From Eledone cirrhosa (Eukaryota): a DNA stretch of 64,000 bases. Where the stretch lies: NCBI GenBank assembly GCA_964016885.1, contig OZ024751.1:11346001-11410000 (forward strand), written 5' to 3'. The notes beneath the pieces were generated by a model that worked only from the letters and a program-made list of their open reading frames with translations, did not search any database and had not been told where the DNA came from. This document shows positions 12,107-28,235 of the stretch, piece after piece. Both the position numbers and the translations under genes were made by a program. How positions within the stretch are numbered: position 1 is the first letter of the stretch; the number at the start of each line of letters is the position of its first letter.

Positions 12107-12404
12107 GATGTTGACTTGTTCTTCTTTTTGGTAAATATCATCTTGGTTGTGCAGTGCCTTTGCTCCTATAAAAGCTTCACGGCACAAGCATTGCTTTATA
12201 TCTGGAGATCTCTGCACTTGTCGTCACATGGTACCATGGGCCCAGCACTATGTGTTAATAATTGTCACAAGTGTAGTGTTTGCACCAGAGTTTTCAAATC
12301 GCTGGCTGGACTAAAAAATCACACTCGTTCAGCGTATCGGTGGGGGTTCTCCTACATGGATATAAAGTAGTGGCCGTTCTCGAAAACGAGTTGGCAGCCA
12401 CCAT
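12107..12404 (+). mobile_element. Older RTE deletion derivative retaining the last C2H2 finger
   Basis: 5'-UTR-like start, then HKCSVCTRVFKSLAGLKNHTRS, then ggccgttctcgaaaacgagttggcagccaccat. Confidence 0.7.
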
Positions 12405-12720
12405 GTATGTATGTATGTGTGCATGTATGTAAGTAAGTGTGCTTGTGTGTGCGTGAGTACGTATACTTATCACTGTATATGCATGTTACACTACACGAGA
12501 TGGGAATGGTTGAAATATGTATTAATATGCCTGAAGCTCACTGATAAAAAGAGGTTGTAGAGTCTAAGTTCAGGGAAGGAAGTGTTTGTATCTTTGTTAG
12601 TGTGTTATCCTTATATGAAATGGTTAATACTTTTAATACTTTCACAGAGAAGTGGGCTGACATGTACATAGTGCATTGAAGTTAAGTATAGCGAATAGGT
12701 ACATGTTCTATGCAGACTCT

Positions 12721-12820
<100 letters not shown>

Positions 12821-13154
12821 TGAATTTAATGTATGCTTAAAATCCATTCTGTTTAAAACAATCAATGTTTAACCGAATGATCACTCATTACGAGTAAATA
12901 GCATGTAAATTTTATCAATATAAGAAAGCAGCGCCTGTGAAGTTTCAAGCTTGGTAGTTTCATCCCTCTCTCTATATATATGTATATATATACACACACA
13001 TACGCACACGCACACGCACACATATATATGTCTATATATATATATATATATATAGAGATACACATGTATATATAAATATATATGAACATGCATGAACGTG
13101 TGTATGAACATTTGTAAGAAGGCACGAAACTGAATGTATGAATGTGTATATCTA

Positions 13155-13772
<618 letters not shown>

Positions 13773-14069
13773 TATCTGCATGTGTGAGTATGTATGTGTC
13801 TCATTGAAAGTAAGTTTGTGTACGCATATGTATGCACCACTAGATTTACCGCTGAAATCATTAGTTTAACATTCACGTCTAAAGATTATGATTAGAAAAT
13901 TACTGATTTTACAGCATTTTATGAGCTGTGCCAGTACACTTTAATCAGTTTACAATTATGGACATCTTGTCCTTAATAACAATGTCGGAACACATAGATA
14001 CATTTTCTCTCCTTGCTATTTCTTTCACATTTCTTTGCTGTCTGTTTATCTATCTTATTCATTCTCAAT

Positions 14070-14258
<189 letters not shown>

Positions 14259-14262
14259 AATA

Positions 14263-14294
<32 letters not shown>

Positions 14295-14299
14295 CTTTC

Positions 14300-14334
<35 letters not shown>

Positions 14335-15204
14335 TGAGAGAGAAAGAAAGAAACTGCGAGAGATTGAGAAACATGTATATATATGTGTGTGTGTGCGTGT
14401 GTGTATGTGTGTGCGCATGTGCGCCTATATATATCTACATACATACATGCACTGAATATCCCTCTTACTCTCCTGTTTCTTTGATGCTTTCTCTCTCTCT
14501 CTCTCTCTCTATGTCTCTCTTCTTTCCCTTGTTTGGTGTTGTTCTTGTTCTTATTTTCTCTCTTCACTCTTCCTCACTCTCTCTCGCTTTCTTCTTTCAA
14601 TCCTACCTTCTCTTTCTCATCTCCTTCTCTCCCTCACACACACACACACACACATACACCTACATACATACACACATACACACATTTTCAGTCCCTCAAT
14701 CATTTTATCTGTATTTTCTATTTTCCTTTCTCATTCTGATCGCAACGTTTTTCTGACTTTCTTTCATTCTTTCTAGCTTCCCCTATCTTTCTTTCTCTTT
14801 CTTTCTTCCTTCCTTCCTTTTCTTTTTTCTTTCTTTCTTCCTTCCTTACTTTTGTTCTGTCTTTCTCCCTTCTTTGTCTTCTTCCTTCCTTCCCTATGCC
14901 ACACCATCCACCGATCTATCAGTCAAACTCTATCCACTTTCTCCCCCTCCATAATATGATAGGTGACTGTACACCCCAGATAACTACTGCACTATATTTA
15001 TTAATGCCATCCTTAGTTTACAAGGAATAATATTTCTAAATAACCGTGTATTTTCTACAACAGATACATACATTACCAACATATATTGTAGACATATTAG
15101 GGAACAAAGCTACTCATGCAAATATGGACGATTTCCTTGATATTTACTTCAAAGAGAATCACCAGCATCATCGCCATTATCCTCATTACCACCATTCCTT
15201 CGTA

Positions 15205-15294
15205 CTACTGCTGATGCTGATGCTGCTGCTGCAGCTGCTGCTACTACTACTACTACCGTTGCTGCTGCCGCTGCTACTGCTGCTGCGGCTGCTG

Positions 15295-15365
<71 letters not shown>

Positions 15366-15388
15366 GCTGCTGCTGTTGCTACTTCTGA

Positions 15389-15454
<66 letters not shown>

Positions 15455-15455
15455 C
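15205..15455. repeat. (CTA/CTG)n trinucleotide repeat
   Basis: Direct inspection. Confidence 0.9.
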
Positions 15456-15667
15456 TTAAGCTTCAGCATAGGGTTCCATATCATGTAGTAATATTTATAC
15501 GCGAGTTTCATTAAGTATGGAGTACTATGTTGAATGATCAACGTACTCTCTTAACTAACAACATTTATATCTCTCCCTCTCTCTCTCTCTCTCTCTGTAT
15601 ATATATATATATGATAATAATAATAATACAAGAACGGTTTGTTAAGCCTTCGTTACCTTTACTTATT

Positions 15668-15752
15668 GGTGACGTGCGTTTCGCTATTGATCATCTCAAG
15701 GTTCGATCTGTATCAATCCGGCCTGACTCTGTAATGAAGAGCTCATCGGACC
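15668..15752 (-). ncRNA. Type I hammerhead motif with U4C change and long loop 2
   Basis: Minus strand reads ggt CCGATGA gct..(long loop)..agc GAA ACGCACGT C acc; GUC triplet. Confidence 0.6.
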
Positions 15753-15762
15753 TCAGCTGCTG

Positions 15763-15841
<79 letters not shown>

Positions 15842-15862
15842 ATATATATATATATATATATA

Positions 15863-15980
15863 TAGGAAAATGTTCAAGAATCCGATGGCAGAGCTGACGC
15901 TGTTTCGACGGCTATTTGAGTCCAGAAACAGCCGTCGAAACGGCGTGAGCTCTACTGTCGGGGTCTTGAACATTTTCCTA
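15863..15980. repeat. 118-bp imperfect palindrome next to (TA)n carrying 3' halves of a hammerhead
   Basis: taggaaaatgttcaaga...gtttcgacggct pairs with agccgtcgaaacggcgtgagctc...tcttgaacattttccta. Confidence 0.8.
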
Positions 15981-16475
15981 TTACCCACTCTACTACCCGT
16001 TATGGTCCACCTGTTTCCTTACCACACTCCCTTCGTTATATATATATATATATATAGATGGTTTTTGCAGAACTAGAAAAGTTTCGTATGAAATCATCAA
16101 TATGGTTTCATGCGAATGAAATTGTACTAGTCCTGTAGAACTTATTTCTATATAAAATACAGATGCTTATACACTAGTGAAGTACTGGTTACCATTTTAA
16201 TCTGTGGTCTTCTCCATTGGGAATCTACCCAATATATCATATATAATGAAATTCTCGGGGCATGAACAAAAATCCTTTGTACCGAAAAACTATTTATAAC
16301 GAGATCGACATTGAGCATGTGGCCGGGGATTGAAAATAATTCGTTATACTGAAAAATTCGTTATAATGGTATTCTTTATGACGGAATTTTCCCTGTATAT
16401 ATGTTTATCTCGAATTCAATAGAGGTTAACCACTGTAAGTAAGGTATCGAATACATAGCAGCGTATATAATGTTT

Positions 16476-16593
16476 AATATAGAAATGGCTTCTACGGGAC
16501 TAAAATTGTTTCATTCGGAGGAAATCATCAGGAAAGATGACTCTGATGATTTCCTCCGAATGAAACATTTCTTGTCCTGTAGAAGCCATTTCT

Positions 16594-16598
<5 letters not shown>
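16476..16598. repeat. About 120-bp palindrome with CTGATGA...GAAAC...GTC on both strands
   Basis: aatatagaaatggcttctac...gtttcattcggaggaaatcatcag pairs with ctgatgatttcctccgaatgaaac...gtagaagccatttctatatt; a more decayed relative lies at 16053-16154. Confidence 0.75.
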
Positions 16599-16680
<82 letters not shown>

Positions 16681-17544
16681 CCTGGCTCAAGGGCATCACG
16701 AAAGTGCCTAATTGTTACCTTTACAGGGGAGGAAGGACCCCTTCAATAAGTGTGTAAATCTGAGAGGGGAATATGGCGAATAAAATCATAATTAACTGAT
16801 CCTCCTGTATTTGTTTTTACCAAAACCAGGAATTTTTCAGCACCCCGGTATAAGCGGTGTATATATGTATGTATGTATTATGCATGTATGTATGCATACA
16901 TGCATGTTTGTGCGTATGTATATATGTATGGATGTATGTATGCATGTATGTATATATGTATGTATATATGGATGGATAAATGCATGTATGCATGTATGTA
17001 TATATGTAAGCATGTGTATATGTATATATGTATACATGTATGCAAGTATGTTTAGATATATGCATGCATACATCTATGTATATAGATGTAAGCATGCATG
17101 CATGTATGTATGTTTGCATGTATGTTTTATATATATGTATGTATACATGTGCTATGTATATATATAGAAAAAAATGACATTGAATAAAAGAGAGAGAATT
17201 TCAGTGAACAAGAGAAATACAGAGAAATGTTAGGACAAAGAAAACAATAAGCTGGTATAGAAATACAATGTGAAAATATAATAAATAGAAGGTTGAAACT
17301 AGGCTACCTACCCCCCGCCCCCAACACCCACAATAACAAACAAACAATTAAACAAGGAATAATATAAAAGGACAATTAAGAGAGACATAAGCACAAAAGA
17401 AAGCCATATACATTCAATGAATTGTAGAATATTTAAGAATAAAATCTACAAGGTCATGTATATGCAAACACTCGATGTATATATATAAACACACACACAT
17501 ATATATATATATATATACATAGATAGATACATATATATATACAT

Positions 17545-17615
<71 letters not shown>

Positions 17616-17663
17616 CATACATACATACATACATACAGACATATATATATATATGTATGTATT

Positions 17664-17695
<32 letters not shown>

Positions 17696-18019
17696 TATAT
17701 GCATATTTCTATGCATACACACACAAACATGTATATGTGTGTGTATATATATATATATATATGCGTTATTCCATACGCATATCAGCGTATATATACGTGT
17801 GTGTGTGTGTATATATATACAAATGTGTGTAGGTGAGTATGAGTATGTGCATTTATGTGTATGTGTTTGTCTGTATGTATGTGTGAGTTTGAATGCAAAG
17901 ACAGAAGGATAGTACTTCGACCTAAGGAATACAAGACAATCAACAAAGGCCATTCAAAATGGCGTCGGAAAATAATAAAGTTAAAATTAATGGGATCTCT
18001 GTTTTTCTAAAAGTCTCCT

Positions 18020-18062
<43 letters not shown>

Positions 18063-19020
18063 TTGGAAGGGTGGTTGATAACGTGATGGTGATGGTGATG
18101 GTGGTGATGATGGTGGTAGTGGTGTCAGGAAGAGCTCGTGAGAAAATAACTGGCTGATGTAATTTCACAATGAATTATATCACAATAGTGAAATAAAACG
18201 AATAAGAAAAGAAGAACATTACATGTAAATGCATATTAATGTAGACACACACACACACACATACACATACGCACACGAACACACACACACACTCACTCTG
18301 ACAAACAACGTTGTTTCGAACACGCACAGATACCCAGTCATACATATATATATTATACATACATATGATATATATATATATATATACATGCACATATTAA
18401 TTCATACTCATCGTATATATATATATATATGTATATATATATACGTAAATACACACACACACTGGATATTTGTATTCATGTGCATGTCTGTGTACGTATG
18501 TGCGTGTTAGCGTCTTCTGTCTATGTGCGAGGATTTATTTTTATCATATATCTTATTAATTAGAAGAGCAGCAATTCTTGTGGAGGTCACGATCTCCCTA
18601 AGTCAAAGTCCACGCTACTTTCACATTCAGTGTTCTTTATTATCGAGTTTTGACAACAGTAAATCGGCCCCTTATGCTTACACTTCAATAAATTATATTA
18701 CAAACAACACAGATTCCACAAATGCATAGCATATATGTGCAATGTTTTATCATTATTATTTTTTGGGGGCAAAGTTTTATTCATACACATGCAAAAATAT
18801 GCACAGACATACAGTATCATACACAGATATGGGACACACACTCTTCTTCGCATAGATACAGTTGCATGCACACAAAATAAATTACTAAAGTCATAAAATA
18901 TCTGTAAACACACAGACATACACACTCTGACGCACATACACCCTGGTATACACCGACACATTTATTTAATGTTTGTGCATATTTATATATCTATAGCACA
19001 TAAAATTCATATTATATATT

Positions 19021-19096
<76 letters not shown>

Positions 19097-19277
19097 AATT
19101 TTACATGTATACATATTTATGTTTACACATATAAAAGTATAGACGCGCGTGTTTATTTATATACACACATATATATGTGTGTGTGTGTATCAACACAAAC
19201 CTATATGAATATATGAATACATAATGTTAATATAATGTGCTGTAGACTTACTGAATTAAAAAGCAATTTTGTGCATA

Positions 19278-19435
<158 letters not shown>

Positions 19436-20165
19436 CGTGCCTCTGCGTGTGTGAGTGCGTATATATATATATATAATGCTGGGGCACTGCCGTGATTCTG
19501 GAATCTGGTTGTAATCATGCCGGCTCACCTAGAAAGGATGTCATTCGGAAAATAAATAGTAATATTTCAAATTCACATTCAGGTTACATACACAGACTGT
19601 CGTAATGTCTGGTTGTGTCAATAATAAAGCGAACCGTCACAAACTTTATACATCACCTCTTTATACATAAAATACCTACAAAAGATAACGCTGAGAAACT
19701 TAAATTCCACCACGTTGAAGACCACATCAGTATGATATGGTGTTCAACCATATTGAAAACCACATCACTCCTGGTATGCTTCCTAAAAGGCCTTCCTATT
19801 GCAGGACTCAATGAAGTGTTTACAAGTTTAGAAATATATATATTTAACAATATATTTAATTCACAATTTTTGTCGACTATTTGGATTGGAAAATAATAAT
19901 TTGAGGGATGGAGGCCGAAAGGTTAAATCCCTCTTCCTTCTATTTCAAGAGTTAAACCAATTAAATTCTATATACTGTGTAACGTTTGTGTTGTCATTTC
20001 TGTTTACCTCTTACATACATATATATATGTGTATGTCTGTATGTATATACATATAAATATGCATATATATATATATATAAAGATTTACATATACATAAAG
20101 TCATAGATATATATGTGGCAACCGGTCACGTTGTGGCTCAATTAATAAATTAAATAATCAGAGCA

Positions 20166-21002
<837 letters not shown>

Positions 21003-21226
21003 TATTTATATGTATATATATATATATATATATATGTATATAAGAGGTAAACAAATGACAACACAAATGTTACACACACACACACACGTATATATATATA
21101 TGTATGTGTATATGCATATATGTACGTATGTATATATAAATATGTATGTATATATATATTATATATGCATATATATATATATGTGTGTATATATATGTAT
21201 ATTTATATGTATTTGTGTGTATATAT

Positions 21227-21326
<100 letters not shown>

Positions 21327-21511
21327 GTATGTGTGTGTATATGCATATATATAGATATAAATATATATATATATATATATATATGACCAAATTAATTCCA
21401 TTTTCTATTCCTTATCCCTTTTATACCATTAGAATCGACTAGGATATCACATTATCAGCACCATCGTCACCATTATAATTACCAAAGAACAACATCAGAA
21501 CATCTTGTATT

Positions 21512-21693
21512 AACTGTTTCTACTATAGGCACAAGGCCAGCAATTACCCAGTGCATTACTGGTACTTTATTTTATCGACCCCGTAAGGATGAAAGGCAAA
21601 GTCAACCTCGGCGGGATTTGAACTCAGATCGTAAAGGGACGTAACTATGCTGGAAAGCATGGTGTCTGACCCTCTACCGATACTGCCAATCCA
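21512..21693 (-). mobile_element. Young SINE copy
   Basis: Nearly identical to the copy at 51215-51395. Confidence 0.9.
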
Positions 21694-22070
21694 CTTAACA
21701 ATCTTATTTTATAGACCTCGATATTTCACTATTTGTATTTGCTTTTCTCTACTTAAACCTATTTCATCTCGATTATTTTATCCTATCATGCAATACATCT
21801 TAAACTACTTAATTTACTTACTAACATATTCAATACACACATAAATATATCCAATATTATAATATTTTCATCTTTACATCTATCCATATTTAATAATCAT
21901 CAATAACTATTCACAATAACATTAACAAAATTAATATTACTCTTATTAGTCTCTTCAACACATTTATCTATTTATTCTCATCTCTACGTTTCAGTTACTA
22001 TACTATTTTATATAACAATAGATGTAAATTGTTTATTTACTCATCTATCTTTTTATTTATTTATTTATTT

Positions 22071-22103
<33 letters not shown>

Positions 22104-22980
22104 TTTGTTTCTATGCTTAAATCTCTATTTTTACTTGCTTTCATTCTTGCATTAACGTATATTCGTCTGTCTGTTTATCTTCCTTTTTCTGTCATTCATC
22201 ATCAATTACTCATCCGGTGGCACGCCTTAGTTCTTCTGTCTTCCACATGATGTCTCTACCTGTTTTTCTGTTTCCTTCATCATCTTTCTCTATCTCTTTC
22301 TCTTTTTCCTTCTTCATCCTTCTTTTTATTCTCTACCTTTACTACATCTATCCCCCTTCTTTCTATCTGTATCTTTATTATCAATATTATTTTTATTTTG
22401 ATGTGATAGTTTGATTTCGTAATTTTGCCGGTTATGCATATAACTGTATTTTCGTTTTCTCTTTCGTATTTCTCCTCCTCCCCCTCCTTTCCATCTGTCC
22501 CCCTTCCTTTATTTCTCTCTATATCTTTATTATTAATATCATTATTGATGTGGTAATTTGAATTTATAAATTTACCGTTACGCATATATTTTGTATTTTC
22601 TATTAGTCTCTGACGAAATGATGAGGTTGCTTGTATTTTAAATTGAGTGCCACTGCCTTCAGTGTTTATCGATTTATAGACATCTCTATCGTGGAAACAA
22701 TTGTTAGACTGTAAATAAATGTCCTTGTTTGTATAGTTGACCATGTTATTCTTCACTTTTTCAATGTTATCACTCCAAGATATACTTACATGGGAATACA
22801 AGTGAAGTCATTAACTCGCCATCCACGTAAACCTCATGTTGAGTCACACAACGCCGTACGCTTAAACTATTCATGATAAGTAGTTTTCACAACCTCTTAT
22901 CTGATTACCTTTAACGATATATTGTTTTCCTCTATATATATATAAATATGTATGTATATATATATATGTGTGTGTGTATA

Positions 22981-23024
<44 letters not shown>

Positions 23025-23059
23025 TTTATATATATGTATGTGTATATGCTCATATAAAT

Positions 23060-24240
23060 ATATATATATTCATTGTATGCCGATGTTTATGACTTTGTTA
23101 GCCATACAGAATATGGATTGCAATCTCTCTTCTCTTCGTTTGATGCGGCATGTGATGTCTTTCGCCTTACAATTAACCTGAAGAAAACTGTCGTCATGTG
23201 TCAATCTGCACCTGGTCACCAGTCGAAAATATATATCAAAGGAAATCTTCTTGAGGTTGTGAAATCTTTCGTATTCCTTGGTAGCTCTGTCAATAAAAAC
23301 AGTTATTTGATACAGAAATACCCTTGAGAATTTAAAAGGCAGCGAAATCTTTTGGAGATTTAGAATCTCTTGTGTGGTGACAACGACATATTGAAGCTAA
23401 GACAAACGTTTCTGCATACAAATCAATTGGGCTGTGTTCTCTTCCTTTACGCTTCTGAGACCTGGCCATGCTATAAACGCTATATAAAGTTACTTGAAAT
23501 ATTTTATCAAATATGATTGCGCAGAATCCTGAAAATCTCATGGTCCTCCTTCACTGCATATACTGATGTTCTAGCTGTTGCTGGTGTCCCTTCAATTCAA
23601 TCTTTAATCTTGAGAAACTAACTTAGCTTTTCGGGGAAGCTGGTGCGCACGCATGACGAGCGTACTTCAAAACGGTTGTTTTATGGTGAACTTGTTCACG
23701 GGAAACGAAAGTAGTGCAATCACAGGAACAGTTTAGAGGTTGCACTAAAGGAAAATTGATGAAAGGCAGCTTGAAGTTTTGGCAGCAGACCGTAATAATT
23801 TGTGCTCAAAGTTATGGACTAATATGAAAAGGCGTTGAGGAAAACAGAATTAAACATGCCAAACTAAAACGTAATATCAGGAAAAACCAGATGATTACAG
23901 AACATGAGCATGGTGTTAAGGTTTTGTCCTGTGAAAGTTATGGCAAAATATACCTATCTCTTGCTGGCCTTAAATCACACACCAGAGTACACAACCAGTC
24001 TCATATTAACTATAGCAGCTACTGGAGAATACACCCTAATAAATGGTACATCTGCCAAAATAATTTGTAAATGATAGGGAGGTTTAAAGAGAAATGTTTA
24101 AGTTCATCAAGTACAGGCACCACAGCCTTTGTAAAAAACCTACCTGTAATTTGTCGGTCGACGTTTTGCTATCATACCTGTTCTAAAAAGCCGCATAAGA
24201 CACCATGCTGGAAATCATTTTTATGTAGATTGAGTGCTGA
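23060..24240 (+). pseudogene. Decayed, 5'-truncated RTE LINE related to the intact element
   Basis: [13 protein letters not shown]...LTINLKKTVVMCQSAPG...FVFLGS; ASETW-like motif; LFYGEL; LAGLKSH finger remnant; many stops and frameshifts. Confidence 0.85.
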
Positions 24241-24289
24241 AGCTCTGTGTTGCGCAAACAACCAACACACACATTAGGTATATATATTC

Positions 24290-24992
24290 ATATATGTCCA
24301 TCACTAATTGACAATGGAATCCAACGTGCCCTAAAACTCAGTACCCAGGACCTTAGACACCCTAAAGTAAATCAACCGAAACTAAAAGCTCTTCCATACA
24401 TCTCAACACACAACCCCCTCAACAATGAGGCCTTTGACACCATCCTCCAGAACATCCCTGTGTTGAAAAAGGACCATAGAAAGAACCAAATCCTACTAAC
24501 ACACGATATCATAAAGAGTAAAAGTCAATGAAAAAAATCCTAACACATGCCAAAGTACTGCCAACCACAACAACGAAACCCACAGTAAAAAAATGCGATA
24601 GACCCAACTGTGGCATTTGCATCAACCTAATAGATTGTTCGGAATTCTATTTCAAAGAAGGACAACGTTTTATAGTAAAACACAATTTCACATGCGCATC
24701 AGAAAATCTAATATATGTATTGACTTGCTCAGGTTGTCGAGAACAATACATAGGCCAGACCAAAAACAGCCTCCGCCAACGCATGACTGTCCATAGATCC
24801 CAAATTAAAATACGGGAATACAGGAAAATACCACTGAGTGAACACATTGATACCTGTGCCGCCCAAAATCATCCCAACTTCAGAATCTTTCCCCTCTACA
24901 AATTTAAAGATAATGCCACCCACACCCAGCGCATCAGCAAGGAATCTTACTTTATTAACAAATACGGACCCCGTCTAAACACTTCTCCCTAA
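24290..24992 (+). pseudogene. Penelope-like element 3' fragment: RT thumb/linker (frameshifted) and GIY-YIG endonuclease ORF 24528-24992
   Basis: CDRPNCGIC (CxxxxCxxC linker), FTCASENLIYVLTCSGCREQYIGQT...LRQRMTVH...SEH...KESYFINKYGPRLN. Confidence 0.9.
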
Positions 24993-26197
24993 GACGAACC
25001 CACAACATACACACGTCAACATACATACCTACATCAGCATACATCTCTACCCACATATAAACACAATGACATACGTAAACACACATGTACTATGGTGCAA
25101 CACAAATATACACAAATTTGCATACCTTTTTATATCTATAGATATAAACGTGCCGACACACATACATAAACGCACATATGCATTGCACACTGATGGGCAC
25201 ATACATATGTGTGCACAGGTATTCCAATACGGCAAGGCCTAATGAATTCCCCTTGCAGTACGTACAATCTGGACACACTCCAGATACATATTTGTGCACG
25301 GGTATACAATTTCTGGACATACTCCAGATACATGTGTACAATTTGTGCACAGGTATACAATTTGTGCACAGGTATACCATTTCTGGACACACTCCAGATA
25401 CATATTTGTGCACAGGTATTTCAATACGGAAGGCCTAATGGATCCCCCTTGCAGTACGTACAATCTGGACACACTCACACACACCTTGGTATTATGGCAA
25501 TACTATATATCATTTCACACCTTTTATTATTAAGGTTTTTGATGTTCTATTGAGAGAATCGATTTTACTGAAAATATCGAATAATGTACACCATTTTAAC
25601 AGAAATAAATACTGATCCACTCACACACACACATTCTCCCCCCCCCCCACACGCGTACATTAACATACAAAGAGACATACACACACACACACACACACAC
25701 ACTTCTCCGTATAAGACAAGAGCTGAACAAATATCTTTTAACATGTTAAAATATCCCCCACACACTTACAGACACATTCCTACTGACCATCCCTCTACCA
25801 CGAATTACTCTGCTACACACACACACACACACACACTTGTCTTAATAGGCATTTGAACTGTCAACAGGCTACGGTCGCACACACATCCCTGCTGACCATT
25901 ATCACAACAACGAACCTCTTTACTACTACTACACACACACACACACACACATATTAGTTGTGAAAGACTTATTTCTCAGTCAGCCGACACAAACCTACAT
26001 TTGGTGCAAAATCAATTTTTTACCCTCACATGACCTCTACCGACCAATCAAAATTGACCACAAGAATTTTTGCAACCCGAATTGGCGCAAAACTTATTTT
26101 AATACCGCTGGAGCCACTTTTTTAACATAAAAACAGATAGAATTCCCAAAACTAATCAGATCAGAGCAAACATCACGGACGCTCTATCTCAAAATTA

Positions 26198-26233
26198 TTT
26201 TTGAAAAGCATTAGAAATGCGCAACCGGTAAAA
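26198..26233 (+). ncRNA. Hammerhead motif with U3-A8 core variant, likely inactivated (GAAA to GCAA)
   Basis: ttt TTGAAAA gcatt-aga-aatgc GCA ACCGGT A aaa; same strand as, and 1.2 kb downstream of, the GIY-YIG ORF. Confidence 0.6.
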
Positions 26234-26341
26234 CTTAAAACCAAAACTTAATACTAACCAATACTATTACTAATTATCACTTATTCCTAATTAGACTATT
26301 TTTCACTGTGAACAATTTGTCAGGATTTTCTATTCCGTTTA

Positions 26342-26370
<29 letters not shown>

Positions 26371-26372
<2 letters not shown>

Positions 26373-26972
26373 CATCATCATCATCATCATCATTATCATC
26401 ATCATCATTATCATCATTTTACGTCCGCTTGCAAGGGTGGGACGCGACTTATTCAGCACAGCATCTCTCCACTTGTCACGGTCCTTCGTCATCTCCATCG
26501 TGAGCTTCAACGATCTGAGGTCTGTTCTCACCACCTCCGCCCATGTTTTTCGTGGTCTACCTCTACCACGTCTTCCTTCAACTGGCATTTCCTGGCACTT
26601 CTTCACCCATTAGTCATCCTCCATGCGCATCACATATCCATACCACCGCACTCTCCTCTCACGCACACTTCATTCTATCCCTCTCAGACACAGTTTCTCT
26701 CTCAACACATTCATGCTGGGTCGTTCACACACATTGACATTGCACATCCAACGGAGCATTCTTGCCTCATTTCTCTCCAGCCGTCGCATATCCTCTGCAG
26801 TTGATGCCCATGTCTCACTACCATGCAGCATCGCGCTCCTCACACAGGCATCATATAACCGGCCTTTCGTACGCAGGGAGAAACCCTTCTCCGTCAGCAG
26901 AGGAAGCAGCTTCCTAAACTTCTTCCAACCCGTCCTTATTCTAGATACTATGGCCTCGGAACACCCCCTCCC
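26371..26972 (-). pseudogene. 5'-truncated RTE LINE with (ATG)n tail
   Basis: RIRTGWKKFRKLLPLL...LYDACVRSAMLHGSETWA...MLRWMC...GRRGRGRPRKTWAEVV; (ATG)n tail; abuts a SINE 3' fragment at 26974-27038. Confidence 0.9.
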
Positions 26973-27186
26973 ATAAAATAAAGTACCAGTAATGCACTGG
27001 TTAATTGCTGGCCTTGTGCCAAAAAGTAGAAACAATTATATATATATATATATATATTCATATATGTTTATGTATATATAAATATATATGTGAGTGCATG
27101 TGTCTGTGTTATAAAAATGAACATATATTCAACCACACACAAACAACCACCTTGTATACACAGGTTCATGTATATCTATATATGCG

Positions 27187-27217
<31 letters not shown>

Positions 27218-28022
27218 TGTGTGTGTGTGTGCTGTGCGTGTGTGTTCACCCTCGAAATATATTGTACGATAGTTACACGAACACTAGAAGAAACATGAAC
27301 CCTTGTAAGTTCAATAGATGAAACCCGTGTGCAATGTACTTCAAGTAAAACTTTTGTCAGCGGTTAAGTCTTACCGAGTGACCGCAAAATTTGCCGTCCA
27401 GTATTAATGTCTTCATAAATCGCAATATTTTAAGGATAACCACCCGGTCTAGAAATGTCTTCTGGCTGTAACGCTCTCTCAAATCATATAACCGTTTAAT
27501 GACAGAGGTACATACAGTCTCCATCTATGAAATTTCATTTACACGTCTGAGTTTACGCGTGATTGAAGGAGGAGAGATTTGTTTAAATGTAAATATACAT
27601 TAATCTTGTAATGGCCCTTAAAGTCTTATCTTTGTAGGTTTCTAGTAACACAATTGAATAAATTTAAACGTCATTGTAGCTTCCACTTGAAAATCAACTG
27701 CATTCGCGAATATTGTCAGGCATATGTTACATGTCGCCTCTGATCATATGTATGTATTATCTGCACTGCTTACAGTTGCTTACATAATTGCATACACACG
27801 TATATATATATATGTGTGTATATATGTATGTATATATATGTATATATGTATGTATATATACGTATATATATATATGTATGTATATATATGTATATATGTA
27901 TTTATATATATATATATATATGTATGTATATATATGTATAATATATGTATGTATATATATGTATAATATATGTATGTATATATATGTATATATGTATGTA
28001 TTTATATATATATACATGTATT

Positions 28023-28056
<34 letters not shown>

Positions 28057-28067
28057 AATACATGTGA

Positions 28068-28110
<43 letters not shown>

Positions 28111-28186
28111 AAATACAGTACAAATATTCTATTTTGCATATATATTGCTTCAATAGACTAAGTAAATCCAACGATGTGAGAACGGG

Positions 28187-28235
<49 letters not shown>

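Noticed and set aside
16159-16437. Possible Tigger/pogo-like MITE ends (…ctgta with tcgttata repeats)
   Set aside because: Matching terminal inverted repeats could not be established
19615-19896. 93-aa ORF and antisense FRKHTRSDVVFN, faintly like a PLE RT
   Set aside because: Similarity too short to support a call
22280-22801. 173-aa minus-strand ORF
   Set aside because: Non-ATG start, low-complexity 3' half and no recognisable domain
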